A stretch of 64,000 bases of DNA from Bacteriovoracaceae bacterium. GTDB lineage: Bacteria > Bdellovibrionota > Bacteriovoracia > Bacteriovoracales > Bacteriovoracaceae. The stretch covers positions 10,341 to 74,340 of the forward strand of contig JBFGZE010000007.1 of NCBI GenBank assembly GCA_041586955.1, in the 5' to 3' direction. This document shows positions 13,088-23,090 of the stretch, in pieces (within the stretch, counting starts at the first letter, position 1; every line of letters begins with the position of its first letter). The position numbers were made by a program, and so were the translations under genes. The notes beneath the pieces were generated by a model. The model made no database searches and was not told the origin of the DNA. It worked only from the letters and a program-made list of their open reading frames with translations.

Positions 13088-14377
13088 ATGGCAGTAGTAA
13101 ATTTTTCTGACCTGGACTTGATGGCCCCTCTTCTTGCTTATACCAAAGAGAATGAATTTGCCAAACCTACGGGGACCCAAAAACAATCAATTCCCCTGAT
13201 TTTATCGGGTAAGCATACATTAGTTTTGGCACCTCCAGCTGCGGGAAAAACACTTTCCTACGCCCTGCCGCTTTGCCAATTATTGAAAGAAGGTGAAGAA
13301 CAAGGCCTTTACGAAAATACTGCAATTATTTTATTGCCGACTAAAGAATTGGTGGCGCAAGTCTATAAAGTGATTAAGGGGATGACTCATTTTGCTAAAC
13401 TACGAGTGCGTGCTTCCTCTTTACCGATGAAAAGTTTAACGAAAAAAGATATTGATGCTGCCGATATTTTGATCGCTACTCCTAACAAAATGTCCACTTG
13501 GTTTGGCCTGGTTCCCAACCTAAAAGAAAATGTTCGTTTTGTTGTTTTGGATGAATTGGATGATCTTCTAACATCAAGTCATTTTAAAGAAACCCAGAAG
13601 TGCGTTGCCCAGATGCCTCTTAGCCGTGTTCAAGTTATCGGTTCATCTGCGACCTGGGAAGGGCAAATGGACGAGAAACTAGGGACAGTCCTTCCCGGTA
13701 TTAAACCTGCCAAAGTGGTTATGGACGGTGCCAATTGTGTTCCTATCAAGGTCGAAACTTATAATATTTATTGTCATGCTGGTGAAAAATTAAAATTATC
13801 AGATGCCCTCATTAAAGAGCGTTTATCAGGCCCTGGAATTATTTTTGCCAATCGTAAAAGTCAGGTAAAAGAAATTTATGAGACTCTTAAAAAAGATTTC
13901 CCACGGCTCAGGGTTAACCAAATTCACGGGGACTTAGAATTTAAAGAGCGTAAAAAAGTAATGACAAATTTTCGCGATGAGGGCGGGATTCTCGTGGGTA
14001 GTGATGTCGTAGCACGCGGTATAGACATTAAGGGCCTCAATTGGATCATTAATTACGATATGCCTTTTGAAGCAGAGTTTTATATCCACCGTTCTGGGCG
14101 CGTTGGCCGTCATGGAAGTAAAGGTATGGTTGTCAATTTAGTAGAACAACGGGATATGGCGATTATTAAGCGCATTAACCAAGCGATTGAGCAACAATCT
14201 ATTTTAAAAATTGATCCTGTTAAAGTTCGCGAATTGAGTGACAAAAAGAAGTCAGCTACTAAAAAGGCAGCGGTCAAAAAAACAACAAAAGTCGAGAAAA
14301 AGTCAGGATATGGTGCTCTTAAAAAATCAACGAAAATGAAAAGAGTGAAGGGCACTCCTCGCTTTAAACGCCGTTAA
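13088..14377 (+). CDS. DEAD-box family RNA helicase (atypical motifs)
   Basis: Q motif PTGTQ, APPAAGKT, PTKEL, ATP, DELD, SAT, ARGID, HRSGRVGR; basic tail. Confidence 0.9.
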   Translation: MAVVNFSDLDLMAPLLAYTKENEFAKPTGTQKQSIPLILSGKHTLVLAPPAAGKTLSYALPLCQLLKEGEEQGLYENTAIILLPTKELVAQVYKVIKGMTHFAKLRVRASSLPMKSLTKKDIDAADILIATPNKMSTWFGLVPNLKENVRFVVLDELDDLLTSSHFKETQKCVAQMPLSRVQVIGSSATWEGQMDEKLGTVLPGIKPAKVVMDGANCVPIKVETYNIYCHAGEKLKLSDALIKERLSGPGIIFANRKSQVKEIYETLKKDFPRLRVNQIHGDLEFKERKKVMTNFRDEGGILVGSDVVARGIDIKGLNWIINYDMPFEAEFYIHRSGRVGRHGSKGMVVNLVEQRDMAIIKRINQAIEQQSILKIDPVKVRELSDKKKSATKKAAVKKTTKVEKKSGYGALKKSTKMKRVKGTPRFKRR

Positions 14378-14412
14378 TTTGAAATCCTGGCCTATGATGG
14401 TAAAATGAATTG

Positions 14413-14808
14413 ATGAAAAATGTTATTTTCCTAGGCCTTCTTTTTTCTTTATGTTTTTCCTGTTCCAAAGAGGAAAAAGTCTATTCCCCTATCGAGTTAT
14501 GGAATATGGCGGTTGCATTTGACCCTAAGGTTGAATTAGTTCCTATTCCTAATCACGAAGCTCATAGACGAGTCGTTTGTTCTCAGTATGGTGCTGGCTG
14601 TATCAAAGGCAGTGGAAAGCGGGTTTTAGTACGCAAGGTAGAATTAATTGTCATCCAGTTTAATACAGAGGAAGATGCTAAAAAAGAGGCGGCCCGTTTG
14701 GGACAATGGTACGCCCGCAATTGGCTCCTCGATGATGTTCATAATGAGCCGGTTTTAGAAGACTTTGTCGTGCGCGCCTTTAAGGCAAAAAAAGGCCAGG
14801 CGCTTTAA
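14413..14808 (+). CDS. Hypothetical lipoprotein
   Basis: Signal peptide with lipobox-like CFSC. Confidence 0.7.
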   Translation: MKNVIFLGLLFSLCFSCSKEEKVYSPIELWNMAVAFDPKVELVPIPNHEAHRRVVCSQYGAGCIKGSGKRVLVRKVELIVIQFNTEEDAKKEAARLGQWYARNWLLDDVHNEPVLEDFVVRAFKAKKGQAL

Positions 14809-15196
14809 GAAACTTTCCCTTAAAAAGTTCAATTTTATTTTCCCAATTCAAAAATAAGCTTTCATGATCTGGATACTTCTGGCGTCCTTCACTAAGGGAT
14901 TCTTTGAAGAGTAAGACCCAACGCCCTAATTCTCCGACTTTCATATGCAATCGTTTATGGACACCTATGAGATCAAAAGGCCTTTGCCCAGGTGTCAATG
15001 GCCGACCTAATAATTGCATGTACCAGAAAGACTTAATTCGAGGCAGGTGTGATTCAAAGGCAGTAAGAGGGGGAAGAAGTGGATCTTCTCCTTCCCATTC
15101 TTGGATTTTTCTAAATTGGTAACCAATTAAGAAATCAGTTGTTGCCTTGCCATAGAAGTGATCGATGACATAGTCGATGACCAGCTCTTTTTTCAT
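14780..15196 (-). CDS. Group III-like truncated hemoglobin
   Basis: IDHFY, HLPRIKSFW, proximal His GVHKRL, RWVLLF; start ATG 15196 right after the dksA stop. Confidence 0.7.
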   Translation of the reverse strand: MKKELVIDYVIDHFYGKATTDFLIGYQFRKIQEWEGEDPLLPPLTAFESHLPRIKSFWYMQLLGRPLTPGQRPFDLIGVHKRLHMKVGELGRWVLLFKESLSEGRQKYPDHESLFLNWENKIELFKGKFLKAPGLFLP

Positions 15197-15197
15197 T

Positions 15198-15647
15198 TTA
15201 ACGAGAGGCCATTTCCTGAAGGGAAGTGCCCAGAGACTTCGATTGCCTCTGCTTAAAATTATTTTTTTCAGAATGTTCAGACTCTTCTTTACAGCCAATA
15301 CAAAGCTCTGCTGTTGGTCTTGCCTTTAAACGTTCAAAGGAGATTTCAAGACCGCATTCAGAACAAAGGCCGAACTCGGGGTCGTTCACGCGTTGAATGG
15401 TTTTATTGAGTTTGCGCAAATAAAAGCTTTCTCTATTCTTGACGCGAATATCGTGTGAGGCCTGCATATTCGCAGATGCTTCATCCACTGGATCACTTAA
15501 CTCATTGCGATCAATAAGGTACTTTTGCCTTTCTTCGTCTTTTTGAGCAGTTTCCAAAATTCGTTCTCTTTCAGCGATTAACTTTTCCCGGATTGTGTTA
15601 ATTTGCTGCAAACTTAAAAACTCGTGCTTATTTTTTGTGCATTCCAT
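15198..15647 (-). CDS. dksA: DksA/TraR family RNA polymerase-binding factor
   Basis: DPVDEA coiled-coil tip, 4-Cys Zn finger CSEC...RLKARP...CIGC; ATG 15647 after GGAG. Confidence 0.88.
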   Translation of the reverse strand: MECTKNKHEFLSLQQINTIREKLIAERERILETAQKDEERQKYLIDRNELSDPVDEASANMQASHDIRVKNRESFYLRKLNKTIQRVNDPEFGLCSECGLEISFERLKARPTAELCIGCKEESEHSEKNNFKQRQSKSLGTSLQEMASR

Positions 15648-15798
15648 AGCGATAGCTCCCAGTAAGAAAGTTCCCATCTTCTAAAGCTCAAAGGCGCTTA
15701 TTCAAAGTCGGAAGAATTGGTCTAGGGTATTTAATGGCAAAAACTTACTTAAAAGTAGTGGCCATCGTAAATAAAAGCTTTCTAACAAAAATTGACAT

Positions 15799-16158
15799 CT
15801 AAGCTGGGGCATTGGGCGTCAATGGGCTTTCGCACTGCGGGCAAAGCGCCCAAAATTGCTGGTCCCAATCACTCTGACAATTAATACAAGTGCCAAAATT
15901 TTTGAGGTCATTAAAACCTTCTTCCCCTAGTAAAAAGAGATTTTGGCGCATTGCTTTTATAGTGGAAGGGTGGGCGTAATAAACACCTGGTGAAACTCTA
16001 CTGGCCTTAAATTTTGCGGTGGAAATATTTTTGTCGGGCAGAATTTGCACTTTGACGCTTTCCTCGTGAGGAGCGAGAAGGGGAGAAAGCGCGGCGTTCT
16101 TTAAACCTTTTATTTGCTTGAATTGATTTAATAAATAATTCTTGGCCTCTTTATCCAT
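15799..16158 (-). CDS. Hypothetical protein with C-terminal zinc ribbon
   Basis: CINC...W..CPQC. Confidence 0.65.
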   Translation of the reverse strand: MDKEAKNYLLNQFKQIKGLKNAALSPLLAPHEESVKVQILPDKNISTAKFKASRVSPGVYYAHPSTIKAMRQNLFLLGEEGFNDLKNFGTCINCQSDWDQQFWALCPQCESPLTPNAPA

Positions 16159-16208
16159 GACACCACCCTTTTCTTTATTATAAAGCGGCCGGAGATAGAA
16201 AGAAAGAA

Positions 16209-16748
16209 TTAGGGGTTAAAACGTTTGAGCATCATATCAATTAATTGCTGCAAGGCCTTCTTATGAGGATTTTGAAATAGGGTAAAGCGCGGTCGTAGAG
16301 CAACAAGATCGGCCTTAAAAAAGATTGCTTGTGGCCCTAATTGATCGATAAGGCGGAGCAACCATTCATGCACTTCATCACCAATATCCTGGCGTAAGAG
16401 GCTTTGAAAGGTTTGCAAAAGATCTAGATCAAAGCGTTTTCCATCACGGGTATAAGGGGCAATAATTTGATTTTGTAAGGCCTGAAGAGCAAAGACCAAC
16501 TCATCATTATCATGGAGAGTGGGAAAAAGCTCTAATAATGGAGTGAGAAAAATATCCGGGTAGGCCGGGCCATAGGAGAGAAGACAGAGAATTTGATCAA
16601 GAGGAGGGCCGTCATCCTGCATTTTTCTCTCTGTCAAAATATTGGCCAATTCTATGGCAAAGTCCCTTGTAAAATGGGCATTGGGCCTTTTTCCCTGGCG
16701 CATGCTTTCCAATATTTCGGTAAATATGAGGTTAATTTTGGTTTTCAT
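16209..16748 (-). CDS. Hypothetical protein (alpha-helical)
   Basis: 179-aa ORF filling the gap, co-oriented with neighbours. Confidence 0.65.
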   Translation of the reverse strand: MKTKINLIFTEILESMRQGKRPNAHFTRDFAIELANILTERKMQDDGPPLDQILCLLSYGPAYPDIFLTPLLELFPTLHDNDELVFALQALQNQIIAPYTRDGKRFDLDLLQTFQSLLRQDIGDEVHEWLLRLIDQLGPQAIFFKADLVALRPRFTLFQNPHKKALQQLIDMMLKRFNP

Positions 16749-16822
16749 GACAATTTATCCATATCAAATCGAGGACTTTATTTAAAGCCGGAAAGTGGTA
16801 AAATAATGGCAGAGGGAAATTT

Positions 16823-17260
16823 ATGGTAAAGGTGCGCGATTTAACTGATAGTCAATTAGCAAAACAGATTGCTAAGTATGAAGAAATTCTCAAAAAGTTA
16901 ACAAAGGAAAGGGATCGGCGTAATCCCGAAGATAAAAGTGATCAAACCGATATCGGGGCCTTCCAATTTAGCCTTGATGACTCTGCCATTATGCCATCAA
17001 TTCCCGACCCGGCCGGGGCAGACACTCCTGAATCAGAGCAAGAGCAAATACGGGTGACTCAATTATTAAAATTATCGCGTGCCGAATTAGATGAGTTACA
17101 AAACAACAAGAGCAGTGAAAAATCACGCTTAAAAAATAGGCCCAAAATGAAAGTTAGAGAGAAGACCAAAGTAGGCGCGCGGCCTTTAAAAGAGAACGAA
17201 GACCCTGCTAAGGGTAAATTTTCTTTACCGGGTAAAAAGAAAAAGGCCGGAGAGGAGTAA
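16823..17260 (+). CDS. Hypothetical charged protein
   Basis: SD GAGG before ATG; N-terminal coiled-coil-like segment and Lys-rich tail. Confidence 0.65.
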   Translation: MVKVRDLTDSQLAKQIAKYEEILKKLTKERDRRNPEDKSDQTDIGAFQFSLDDSAIMPSIPDPAGADTPESEQEQIRVTQLLKLSRAELDELQNNKSSEKSRLKNRPKMKVREKTKVGARPLKENEDPAKGKFSLPGKKKKAGEE

Positions 17261-17266
17261 GTTTCT

Positions 17267-17743
17267 TTAGGCGCCTTTTTTATTCCGTGACTTTTGATGA
17301 TACTGATTGGATGCAACTGAGCGGCGACCTTCTTTGCGACTTATAGTGATTTCATAACCATTTTCTTGCTCTGCGAGCATCGACACATCTTTAGAATTTT
17401 GACCAATTTTCTCAGGGTTACGCCACTTTTGTTTTTGAATCAGGGAAAGGTTGGAGGTATCAATTGAGAGGTAGCAATCTCCAATTTGAATAATATCATC
17501 GATATAGAGCTTTTGCTGCAGTTCCTTTCTATGATTATTTATAAATGTTCCATTTTTGGATTCTAGGTCTTGAATCATGAGAAAGCCGTCTTTTAAGTAC
17601 AATTGGCAATGTTGACCAGAGCAGCTTGGGTCTGGAAGGGTGACAGAGGCATGTTCTGCCCGACCAAAGATGACTTTTTCACTGCCAATCTCATGAATCA
17701 TGATACTTTTTTTAAATCTTACGATAATATTAACTGAATTCAT
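17267..17743 (-). CDS. FHA domain protein
   Basis: Canonical FGR...S.QH...DLESKNGT motif. Confidence 0.85.
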   Translation of the reverse strand: MNSVNIIVRFKKSIMIHEIGSEKVIFGRAEHASVTLPDPSCSGQHCQLYLKDGFLMIQDLESKNGTFINNHRKELQQKLYIDDIIQIGDCYLSIDTSNLSLIQKQKWRNPEKIGQNSKDVSMLAEQENGYEITISRKEGRRSVASNQYHQKSRNKKGA

Positions 17744-17864
17744 GATGACCCCTATCTAATCATTCAACCAGAAAACCTAAATATTGCAAGAAATTAATGC
17801 ACGATGTCGCTGTAAATACTTCTTTTTATGGCCATGGGTTTTCTAAATGTGTTAATTCAGGTCT

Positions 17865-18569
17865 ATGGAACAAAAATCTAATTTAAATTCAATTTATCGT
17901 GCAACTGAGGGAGAAGGGATTTTTATTGGCACCCCCCAGGTCTTTGTCCGTTTTCAGGGATGCGCAGTTGGTTGCCTCAATTGTGATTCTAAGGACACCT
18001 GGGACTTCTCAGCAGGTCATGCCATGACGATGCCCGAAATACTAAAAGAGGTGCAAATAGAGGCCCTTGAGGGCCGTATTAAGCGCGTTTCCATCACTGG
18101 TGGTGATCCTCTCCACCCCAAACTATTGCCCGATGTGATTCGTCTTGCCAAGGAGCTAAAGGAGCGCCGCTATTTTGTTAATATTGAGGCGGCTGGAACA
18201 CGAATTGATAACCTTCTTTTTGATTTAGTTGATTATATTAGTATTGATTACAAAACGCCATCAACTGGCGTTAAGATGGGCCATCGTGTTTTAAAAAAAA
18301 TGACTGAGCAATTTGCCGGTAAATTTCAAATTAAGGCGGTGGTTGAAGACAGAATTGACTTTGAAGCATGTGCCGAACTGTATGATCAATTAGAATTAGA
18401 GGGAACGGAAATTCCCTTTTGTTTAACACCTGCCTATAATCTAGGTGAAAAATTTCCTCTCAAAAGATTTACAGATATCCTTCAGTGGAATGAACATTTA
18501 AGTGGTCAATTTCGAGTAATTGGTCAGCAGCATAAATGGGTATTTGGACCTGATCGTAAACAAGTGTAG
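17865..18569 (+). CDS. queE: 7-carboxy-7-deazaguanine synthase (radical SAM)
   Basis: EGEGIFIGTPQVFVRFQGCAVGCLNCD, ITGGDP, C-terminal QQHK. Confidence 0.9.
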   Translation: MEQKSNLNSIYRATEGEGIFIGTPQVFVRFQGCAVGCLNCDSKDTWDFSAGHAMTMPEILKEVQIEALEGRIKRVSITGGDPLHPKLLPDVIRLAKELKERRYFVNIEAAGTRIDNLLFDLVDYISIDYKTPSTGVKMGHRVLKKMTEQFAGKFQIKAVVEDRIDFEACAELYDQLELEGTEIPFCLTPAYNLGEKFPLKRFTDILQWNEHLSGQFRVIGQQHKWVFGPDRKQV

Positions 18570-18651
18570 AGTTTGCGATGTCTCTTTGAAAGACTTCGCT
18601 ACTACTAACGCTTTGATGCCTTAACATTTATTCCTTATCTAGGAGTTCATT

Positions 18652-20175
18652 ATGGCCTTCGATATCATTTCCGTTATGATCGTGCTTGGTTTACTCGTGG
18701 TGGTTTTGGTGATCTATGATCTTTGCCAAAAAAAACACGCCATTATCCGTAATTTTCCAATTATAGGCCACCTGCGCTACCTTTTAGAAAAAGTGGGGCC
18801 AGAATTAAGGCAATATATTGTGACAAGCAATAACGAGGAATTGCCCTTTTCGCGGGATCAAAGACGCTGGATCTATGCCACGGCCAAAGAAGAGAATGAA
18901 AATTTTGGTTTTGGTTCTGACAACGAAATGGAGCGCTCCTCCAATTATATCATCATTAAACATTCGGATTTCCCCCATTCTGGTAAGTCCAGAAATGATT
19001 GGCCTATCCCCTGTGCCAAAATACTTGGTGGCCATAGGCATAGACGGCACGCCTTTAGACCTCAGTCCATTGTGAATGTCTCTGGAATGAGTTTTGGCTC
19101 CTTGAGCGGCGCCGCAGTTACCGCCCTCAACCGAGGATCAGAAATGGTCGGTTGTTTACAGAGTACCGGAGAAGGTGGTGTGTCGATTTATCACGATGAA
19201 GGAGGGGACCTTATTTGGAATATTGGCTCCGGTTATTTTGGATGTCGGGATGAAAAGGGGAAGTTTTCATTGACGCTTTTTAAGGAAACGATTGAGAAGT
19301 TTAATATTAAGGCGATCGAAGTTAAACTTAGCCAGGGCGCTAAACCAGGTCTTGGAGGAGTTTTGCCTGCCAAAAAAGTAACTCGTGAAATTGCCCAGGC
19401 CCGCGGCATACCGATGGGACAAGATTGCGTTAGCCCTTCACGTCACTCGGCATTTAGAAATGTTGATGAGATGCTCGACTTCGTGGAATTATTGGCAGAG
19501 GAAAGTGGACTCCCTGTGGGAATAAAATCGGCGGTTGGTGAACTCAAATTTTGGAAAACGCTGGCGAGCTTAATGGAGTCTGGAAAAAGAGGAGTTGATT
19601 TTATTGTGATTGATGGAGGAGAGGGGGGAACTGGTGCGGCCCCTTTGGTCTTTGCTGACCATATTGCTTTGCCATTCAAAATCGCCTTTAGTCAGGTGTA
19701 TGCCATTTTTGCCAAAAGGAAACTTGTTGATCGTATCGTTTTTGTCGGCTCTGGCAAACTTGGGTTTTCTGAATCTGCCATTTTAGCATTGGCGCTCGGC
19801 TGTGATTTGGTGAGTGTTGGGCGGGAGGCGATGATGGCCGTTGGGTGTATCCAGGCACAGCGATGCCATACCAATCGTTGCCCGACGGGAGTTGCAACCC
19901 AATCAAAATGGCTTACACGAGGACTTGATCCCAGTCTTAAGTCACAAAGACTGGCCAAATATATTATTGCCTTAAGAAAAGAAATTATGCGGGCCACCTG
20001 GGCCTGTGGTATAGATCACCCTGGACTATTAGGCCCAGAGAAAATTGCGATATTAGATGGGCATTTTGGCTCACGTTCAGCGGCAGAGATCTTTCATTAT
20101 CAAAAGAATTGGGGCCTTCCAGAGGCCCAAGAGAGAATTAAAATTCGTAAAATGATGAAGGACCTCTATAGCTAA
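18652..20175 (+). CDS. FMN-binding glutamate synthase family protein
   Basis: N-terminal TM; MSFGSLS, EVKLSQGAKPG.GG.LP..KV, DGGEGGTGAAP, GCIQAQRCHTNRCPTGVATQ. Confidence 0.92.
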   Translation: MAFDIISVMIVLGLLVVVLVIYDLCQKKHAIIRNFPIIGHLRYLLEKVGPELRQYIVTSNNEELPFSRDQRRWIYATAKEENENFGFGSDNEMERSSNYIIIKHSDFPHSGKSRNDWPIPCAKILGGHRHRRHAFRPQSIVNVSGMSFGSLSGAAVTALNRGSEMVGCLQSTGEGGVSIYHDEGGDLIWNIGSGYFGCRDEKGKFSLTLFKETIEKFNIKAIEVKLSQGAKPGLGGVLPAKKVTREIAQARGIPMGQDCVSPSRHSAFRNVDEMLDFVELLAEESGLPVGIKSAVGELKFWKTLASLMESGKRGVDFIVIDGGEGGTGAAPLVFADHIALPFKIAFSQVYAIFAKRKLVDRIVFVGSGKLGFSESAILALALGCDLVSVGREAMMAVGCIQAQRCHTNRCPTGVATQSKWLTRGLDPSLKSQRLAKYIIALRKEIMRATWACGIDHPGLLGPEKIAILDGHFGSRSAAEIFHYQKNWGLPEAQERIKIRKMMKDLYS

Positions 20176-20282
20176 AGTGCGAGTAATAAGTCTCAATTTT
20201 TTGCTTGATTTAGGTCACCGACAAAATTTAAATATAATAATATTAATAAGTATCAGAAAACGAGTCATCTAAAGGAGTATGG

Positions 20283-20879
20283 ATGAAACGAGTACTTATT
20301 AATTTTAAAATTATTAGTTGCATTCTGGTAGGCCTTATTTCTTCCCACGCGACGGCAAAAGCTAAAACAAAAAGTAAAACATCGTGGGTCTATTTTGACT
20401 TAGGCGATACCGTAATTGATACCAAGGGACCAGAGGGTATCCGCTACTTCAAAGGTGCCAGGCAATATATTGAAAATCTCCATCAACGGGGTCTCAAGGT
20501 TGGACTCATCTCAAATATCCCTGAAACATTTGGAATAGATTATAAGGAAAAATTAAAAACCTTAAAAGAATATGTCGCTAAGAATTGGGCCGGAGATAGG
20601 TCTTTTGATTGGGGGCAATTTGATGAAATTTTTCTTCCTCTTAATAATTCTGAATTAAAACCTGCGGAAATTATGTATGTGAAGGCCATGGCAAGGGCCG
20701 ATCATTGTCCCATTGCCTATATTTCTGAAAATTTGGCAGAAGTTGAGAAGGCCCAGAGCATGGGGATCGCAGGACATTTATTCACTCCGGGAAAGGATGA
20801 GTTATACATCCCATTAGAGGCGATCAATGAATTTATAGAGTATCATTATACCAATGAAGTGCCCGATGATTGTTTATAA
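20283..20879 (+). CDS. Secreted HAD-superfamily hydrolase
   Basis: Signal peptide; FDLGDT, ISN and LKP motifs; SD AAGGAG. Confidence 0.75.
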   Translation: MKRVLINFKIISCILVGLISSHATAKAKTKSKTSWVYFDLGDTVIDTKGPEGIRYFKGARQYIENLHQRGLKVGLISNIPETFGIDYKEKLKTLKEYVAKNWAGDRSFDWGQFDEIFLPLNNSELKPAEIMYVKAMARADHCPIAYISENLAEVEKAQSMGIAGHLFTPGKDELYIPLEAINEFIEYHYTNEVPDDCL

Positions 20880-23021
20880 TATAGAAATTAAGGTATTAAC
20901 GATTTTGGGATCAAGTTTTCCATCGTTAGCTGACTTTAAAAGTTCATCGCAAGCGACTGGTTGAGACCATGCGTCCCGGTAGGGTCTCCAAGAAATTAGC
21001 GCCGCATAACTATCACAAACTGTTACAATACGCGCTTCTCTTGTGATGGAGGACCCCGAAAGCCCTTGGGGGTAGCCACTACCATCTAAATATTCGTGAC
21101 TTTGTTTGATGATATTTAAAATATCATCTTCAACAATTCCTAACCTTTTTAAGGTTCGAATCGATTCATCTGGATGGCGCATGACTTCAGAGAATTCTCG
21201 AGAATTGAGATGCCCAACTCTATTGCAAATATTTTCAGGAATAATTCCTTTTCCTATATCGGCCAGGTAGCCGGCATTAACTATATTTTTCACTTCACCA
21301 GAGCAGAGGTTTAACTCTTTGGCCACGGCGTAGGAGAAAAGCGCAACCAGGCGTGAATGGCCGATACTACCATCAATTGCCTCGATGGGAAGTAAGTGGT
21401 CATTATCTAAAATGAGAAGCTCTTCAAAGGCACGATATTTTTCAAAAAAAGTACGGGACACTCGAGATCCATCTTTTAGGGGGTCTTTCAGGCCGATTAC
21501 CTCTAGAACTTGGACATTATTGACTTTGCCCTTAATCGTAATAATTTTTTGTTCTTCTAGTTTCAATGTTGCTTCGGCGAAGGCCATTTTATATTCCATC
21601 GTATTGGGCCCTAATAAGGTAGCCGTTTTAAAGCAATCATAGGCCTCTTGGAAAGCGCATAAACTCAAATGGAGGTGACCACATTTATAATTCAAGATAG
21701 CGCGCTCTTGATCGTCATTCGCCATTTTTAACTCTTGTAATATGTCTTCGAGTTCTTGTTGAAGATCTTTGACTTTTTCTTTGCCTTCAACTCCCATTTG
21801 TTGGAATATTTTAACGTCGAGGTACCTTTCAATTCCAATATATGTCTCATGGTCAATAAGTACACCTCCGGCAGGACATATGCCCTCAAGCCTGGATGCC
21901 AGATTGACCACGTCTCCCATCGCCGTATAAGTTTTTCTTTTTGAACCAAACATACCAACAATGGATGGACCGCAGGCGATTCCGATTCTCATTTTCCATG
22001 GGAAATTTTCGGATCTTAATTTTTCCTGCATCTTGAGGGCAGATAGAACGCATAATAATTTATACTGGGCAAAGGGGATTGGAGCACCGAATTCACACAT
22101 AATACTATCACCGATAAATTTATCGATATGACCTTGGTAACTTGAGATAATAGGCTCCATCGTCGCAAGAAAGCGATTGAGATCACGAACGACTAAATCG
22201 GGACTCAATGTCTCACAATAGCTTGTAAAATTAACTAAGTCGGTAAATAAAATTCCGATCTCTCTTTTTTCACTGCGTAAACGGCCGGTGATAATCTGTT
22301 GAACGACGGCCGAGTCCATTGTTGCGTAGAGGGTATCTTCAACTTTATTTTTAAGTTCTTGGATTGAGGCGTGTGACTTTTCAAGCTCTGCAGTCCTTTC
22401 ATTGACCTTTACTTCCAGGTTTTCAGTATAATCTTTCAATTGCTGATTAGCGGTTTTTAATTCATTTTGAGATTTAATCAGATCTTCATTAAGGGATTTT
22501 TCATTTGTTATTTTAGAGAAGATTTTTTCCTGTTGCTTGCCGACAATATAGGCCGCAAGGATAAGAAATCCGCCCCAAGTTGAAATTTGAATATAAATGG
22601 ATTCGGTTGAAGAATGGGTAATGAAACTTCCAGGTGAGATAATATAATTAAAAATGACCATGAGAACACAGAGAGTCGCACCAATGGTCGCTGTTCTTAG
22701 TCCCAAGAAATAACTGGCGGCTATGATTGGTAAGTAATAAAAATTTAAAAACGCTAATTTTTGAACTACAAAATAATTTATAAAGACAGTGGAGCATAAA
22801 ATAATTAATACAAAAAGGCGTTCAAAATGATTCGTGACGATCCGTTCAAGTAGTGTAATAATTTTTCGTTTGATATTTTGATTAACTTCTTTTTGTGAAA
22901 TCACTTGGGAGACGGATTGTTCACTTATAGAATCGTTCTCCGGTTCGACTAATTCCAATTTCTTCTTGATGTCAGTGGTTTTTGAGGTATCGCCTGGTTT
23001 AATCTGTTTTGTCTCGGCCAT
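20874..23021 (-). CDS. Membrane class III adenylate cyclase with TPR-like segment and C-terminal degenerate HD-GYP domain
   Basis: About 4 TM helices, coiled coil, LFTDLVNFT, DKFIGDS, YTAMGDVVNLASRLE; then LADIGK, SHEYLDGSGYPQGL, DSYAAL..RPYR. Confidence 0.88.
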   Translation of the reverse strand: MAETKQIKPGDTSKTTDIKKKLELVEPENDSISEQSVSQVISQKEVNQNIKRKIITLLERIVTNHFERLFVLIILCSTVFINYFVVQKLAFLNFYYLPIIAASYFLGLRTATIGATLCVLMVIFNYIISPGSFITHSSTESIYIQISTWGGFLILAAYIVGKQQEKIFSKITNEKSLNEDLIKSQNELKTANQQLKDYTENLEVKVNERTAELEKSHASIQELKNKVEDTLYATMDSAVVQQIITGRLRSEKREIGILFTDLVNFTSYCETLSPDLVVRDLNRFLATMEPIISSYQGHIDKFIGDSIMCEFGAPIPFAQYKLLCVLSALKMQEKLRSENFPWKMRIGIACGPSIVGMFGSKRKTYTAMGDVVNLASRLEGICPAGGVLIDHETYIGIERYLDVKIFQQMGVEGKEKVKDLQQELEDILQELKMANDDQERAILNYKCGHLHLSLCAFQEAYDCFKTATLLGPNTMEYKMAFAEATLKLEEQKIITIKGKVNNVQVLEVIGLKDPLKDGSRVSRTFFEKYRAFEELLILDNDHLLPIEAIDGSIGHSRLVALFSYAVAKELNLCSGEVKNIVNAGYLADIGKGIIPENICNRVGHLNSREFSEVMRHPDESIRTLKRLGIVEDDILNIIKQSHEYLDGSGYPQGLSGSSITREARIVTVCDSYAALISWRPYRDAWSQPVACDELLKSANDGKLDPKIVNTLISIL

Positions 23022-23063
23022 AATTGGATCTCTCAGCAAATTCTTATTTTTATATATATTACT

Positions 23064-23090
23064 TTATCGGTTGTTCGGACTAAAAAGTAA
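23064..23090 (-). promoter_or_regulatory. Possible sigma28 promoter of the cyclase gene
   Basis: Minus strand TTAC-N15-ACCGATAA (good -10, weak -35). Confidence 0.45.
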
